Below, piece by piece: positions 63,211-64,000 of a DNA stretch of 64,000 bases (positions within the stretch are counted from its first letter, which is position 1; each line of letters starts with the position of its first letter). The translations under genes were made by a program, and so were the position numbers. Origin of the DNA: Pocillopora damicornis (Eukaryota); contig NW_020843530.1 in assembly GCF_003704095.1 (NCBI RefSeq), positions 62,001-126,000 of the forward strand, read 5' to 3'. The notes below the pieces were generated by a model. It did no database searches. It was not told where the DNA came from and worked only from the letters and a program-made list of their open reading frames with translations.

Positions 63211-64000
63211 CTGAAATTTATTGAGATATCAAAATTCATTTCCACTTACAAAATTCCTGAAATAGTTCTAAAATAGTGGATTACTAACACGGTAAATTAA
63301 TAGATATTTTGGTGTCCTGGACATTGCAAGTTCCAACAGATGCACCACCTTTGCCATGTCCCACTATGCAGTAATATTAAGATAGCGCCACACCCATTGG
63401 TACTGGTAGCGGAGCTCGCAGAGTGTAGCCCCATAATTATACAAAATAGTAGTAACCCATCAAGCTGAAAAAATTTGGATGTATGACTGTACAGCCGTAC
63501 AAGGTGCTACTTTCAACATGTGTGGTCAACTCTACCACGAGCAGTACCCTTGAGACATATGGGGGGAAAAAAATGCGAGCTCCACTTTTAGGCTTGGCTA
63601 AATCTATATATTATAGGCATAGGGGCCAAAACTATGAAAGGTGGAAGTTTCATTCAATGAAAGCTTCCTTGATGGAAACGGCTGTTTACAAGAGATTATA
63701 ATCTGAGAACTTATCCCCCAAACACACCCCCATTCCAATGATAATTTTTTAAATTCAATTTTAATGCCTTTCGTGCTTTGCAGCAATTTTGAGAACAACA
63801 CCTGATTTGTTAGTGATTCTGAGATGAAATTTGATTTTTGTTGTTTCGCCACCTGCCAATTGTGTTCATCATGACAACATCTTAATGACGATGTCATCAA
63901 TACAAACTAACTAATAGTGACCTAGTTTGAGCTACAGTTAGGTGCAATTTCTTATTGATTCATGTATCTGTGTGCTGACAAATTTATTAAGGTTAGTGTT

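Noticed and set aside
54226-63276. Plus-strand Ser/Phe/Leu-rich ORFs (54226, 54318, 56035, 58143, 62986, 63014)
   Set aside because: Antisense shadows of Glu/Lys-rich BAZ1A exons.
1-64000. CRISPR arrays, operons, prophage or other prokaryotic systems
   Set aside because: The sequence is spliceosomal-intron-containing animal DNA, and no repeat-spacer array is present.

Overview
AT-rich, intron-rich animal genomic DNA. It is most likely a scleractinian coral, possibly Pocillopora-like; this is inferred from repeat families and a coral-type PAN-EGF gene family recalled from memory, not from a search. Splicing the exons by hand gives four protein-coding genes with consistent GT-AG sites and phases. 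(1) A + strand secreted protein: signal peptide, two C-type lectin domains and a vWA domain (6 exons, 11332-17520, 488 aa). (2) DNAL1 (- strand, 10 exons, 24002-34428, 193 aa). (3) TBP (- strand, 8 coding exons, 39637-46044, 246 aa). (4) The 3' 14 exons of BAZ1A/ACF1 (- strand, 47742 to >63210; DDT, WHIM, two PHD fingers, bromodomain). The window also holds a decayed PAN-EGF-fibrinogen-like pseudogene, a possible spliced minus-strand unit with micro-exons (19.3-22.5 kb), many non-autonomous DNA transposons, tRNA-derived repeats, Penelope-type palindromes with hammerhead-ribozyme cores, and two assembly gaps. The most notable observations are: the BAZ1A bromodomain lacking its acetyl-lysine Asn while carrying a second PHD finger; a sense-strand minimal hammerhead core in the last BAZ1A intron, split by a retro-insertion; the lectin-lectin-vWA protein; a transposon family with 6-bp target-site duplications; an X-box promoter on DNAL1; and BAZ1A-TBP-DNAL1 linkage mirroring human chr14. 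Most of the short ORFs in the supplied track are spurious.
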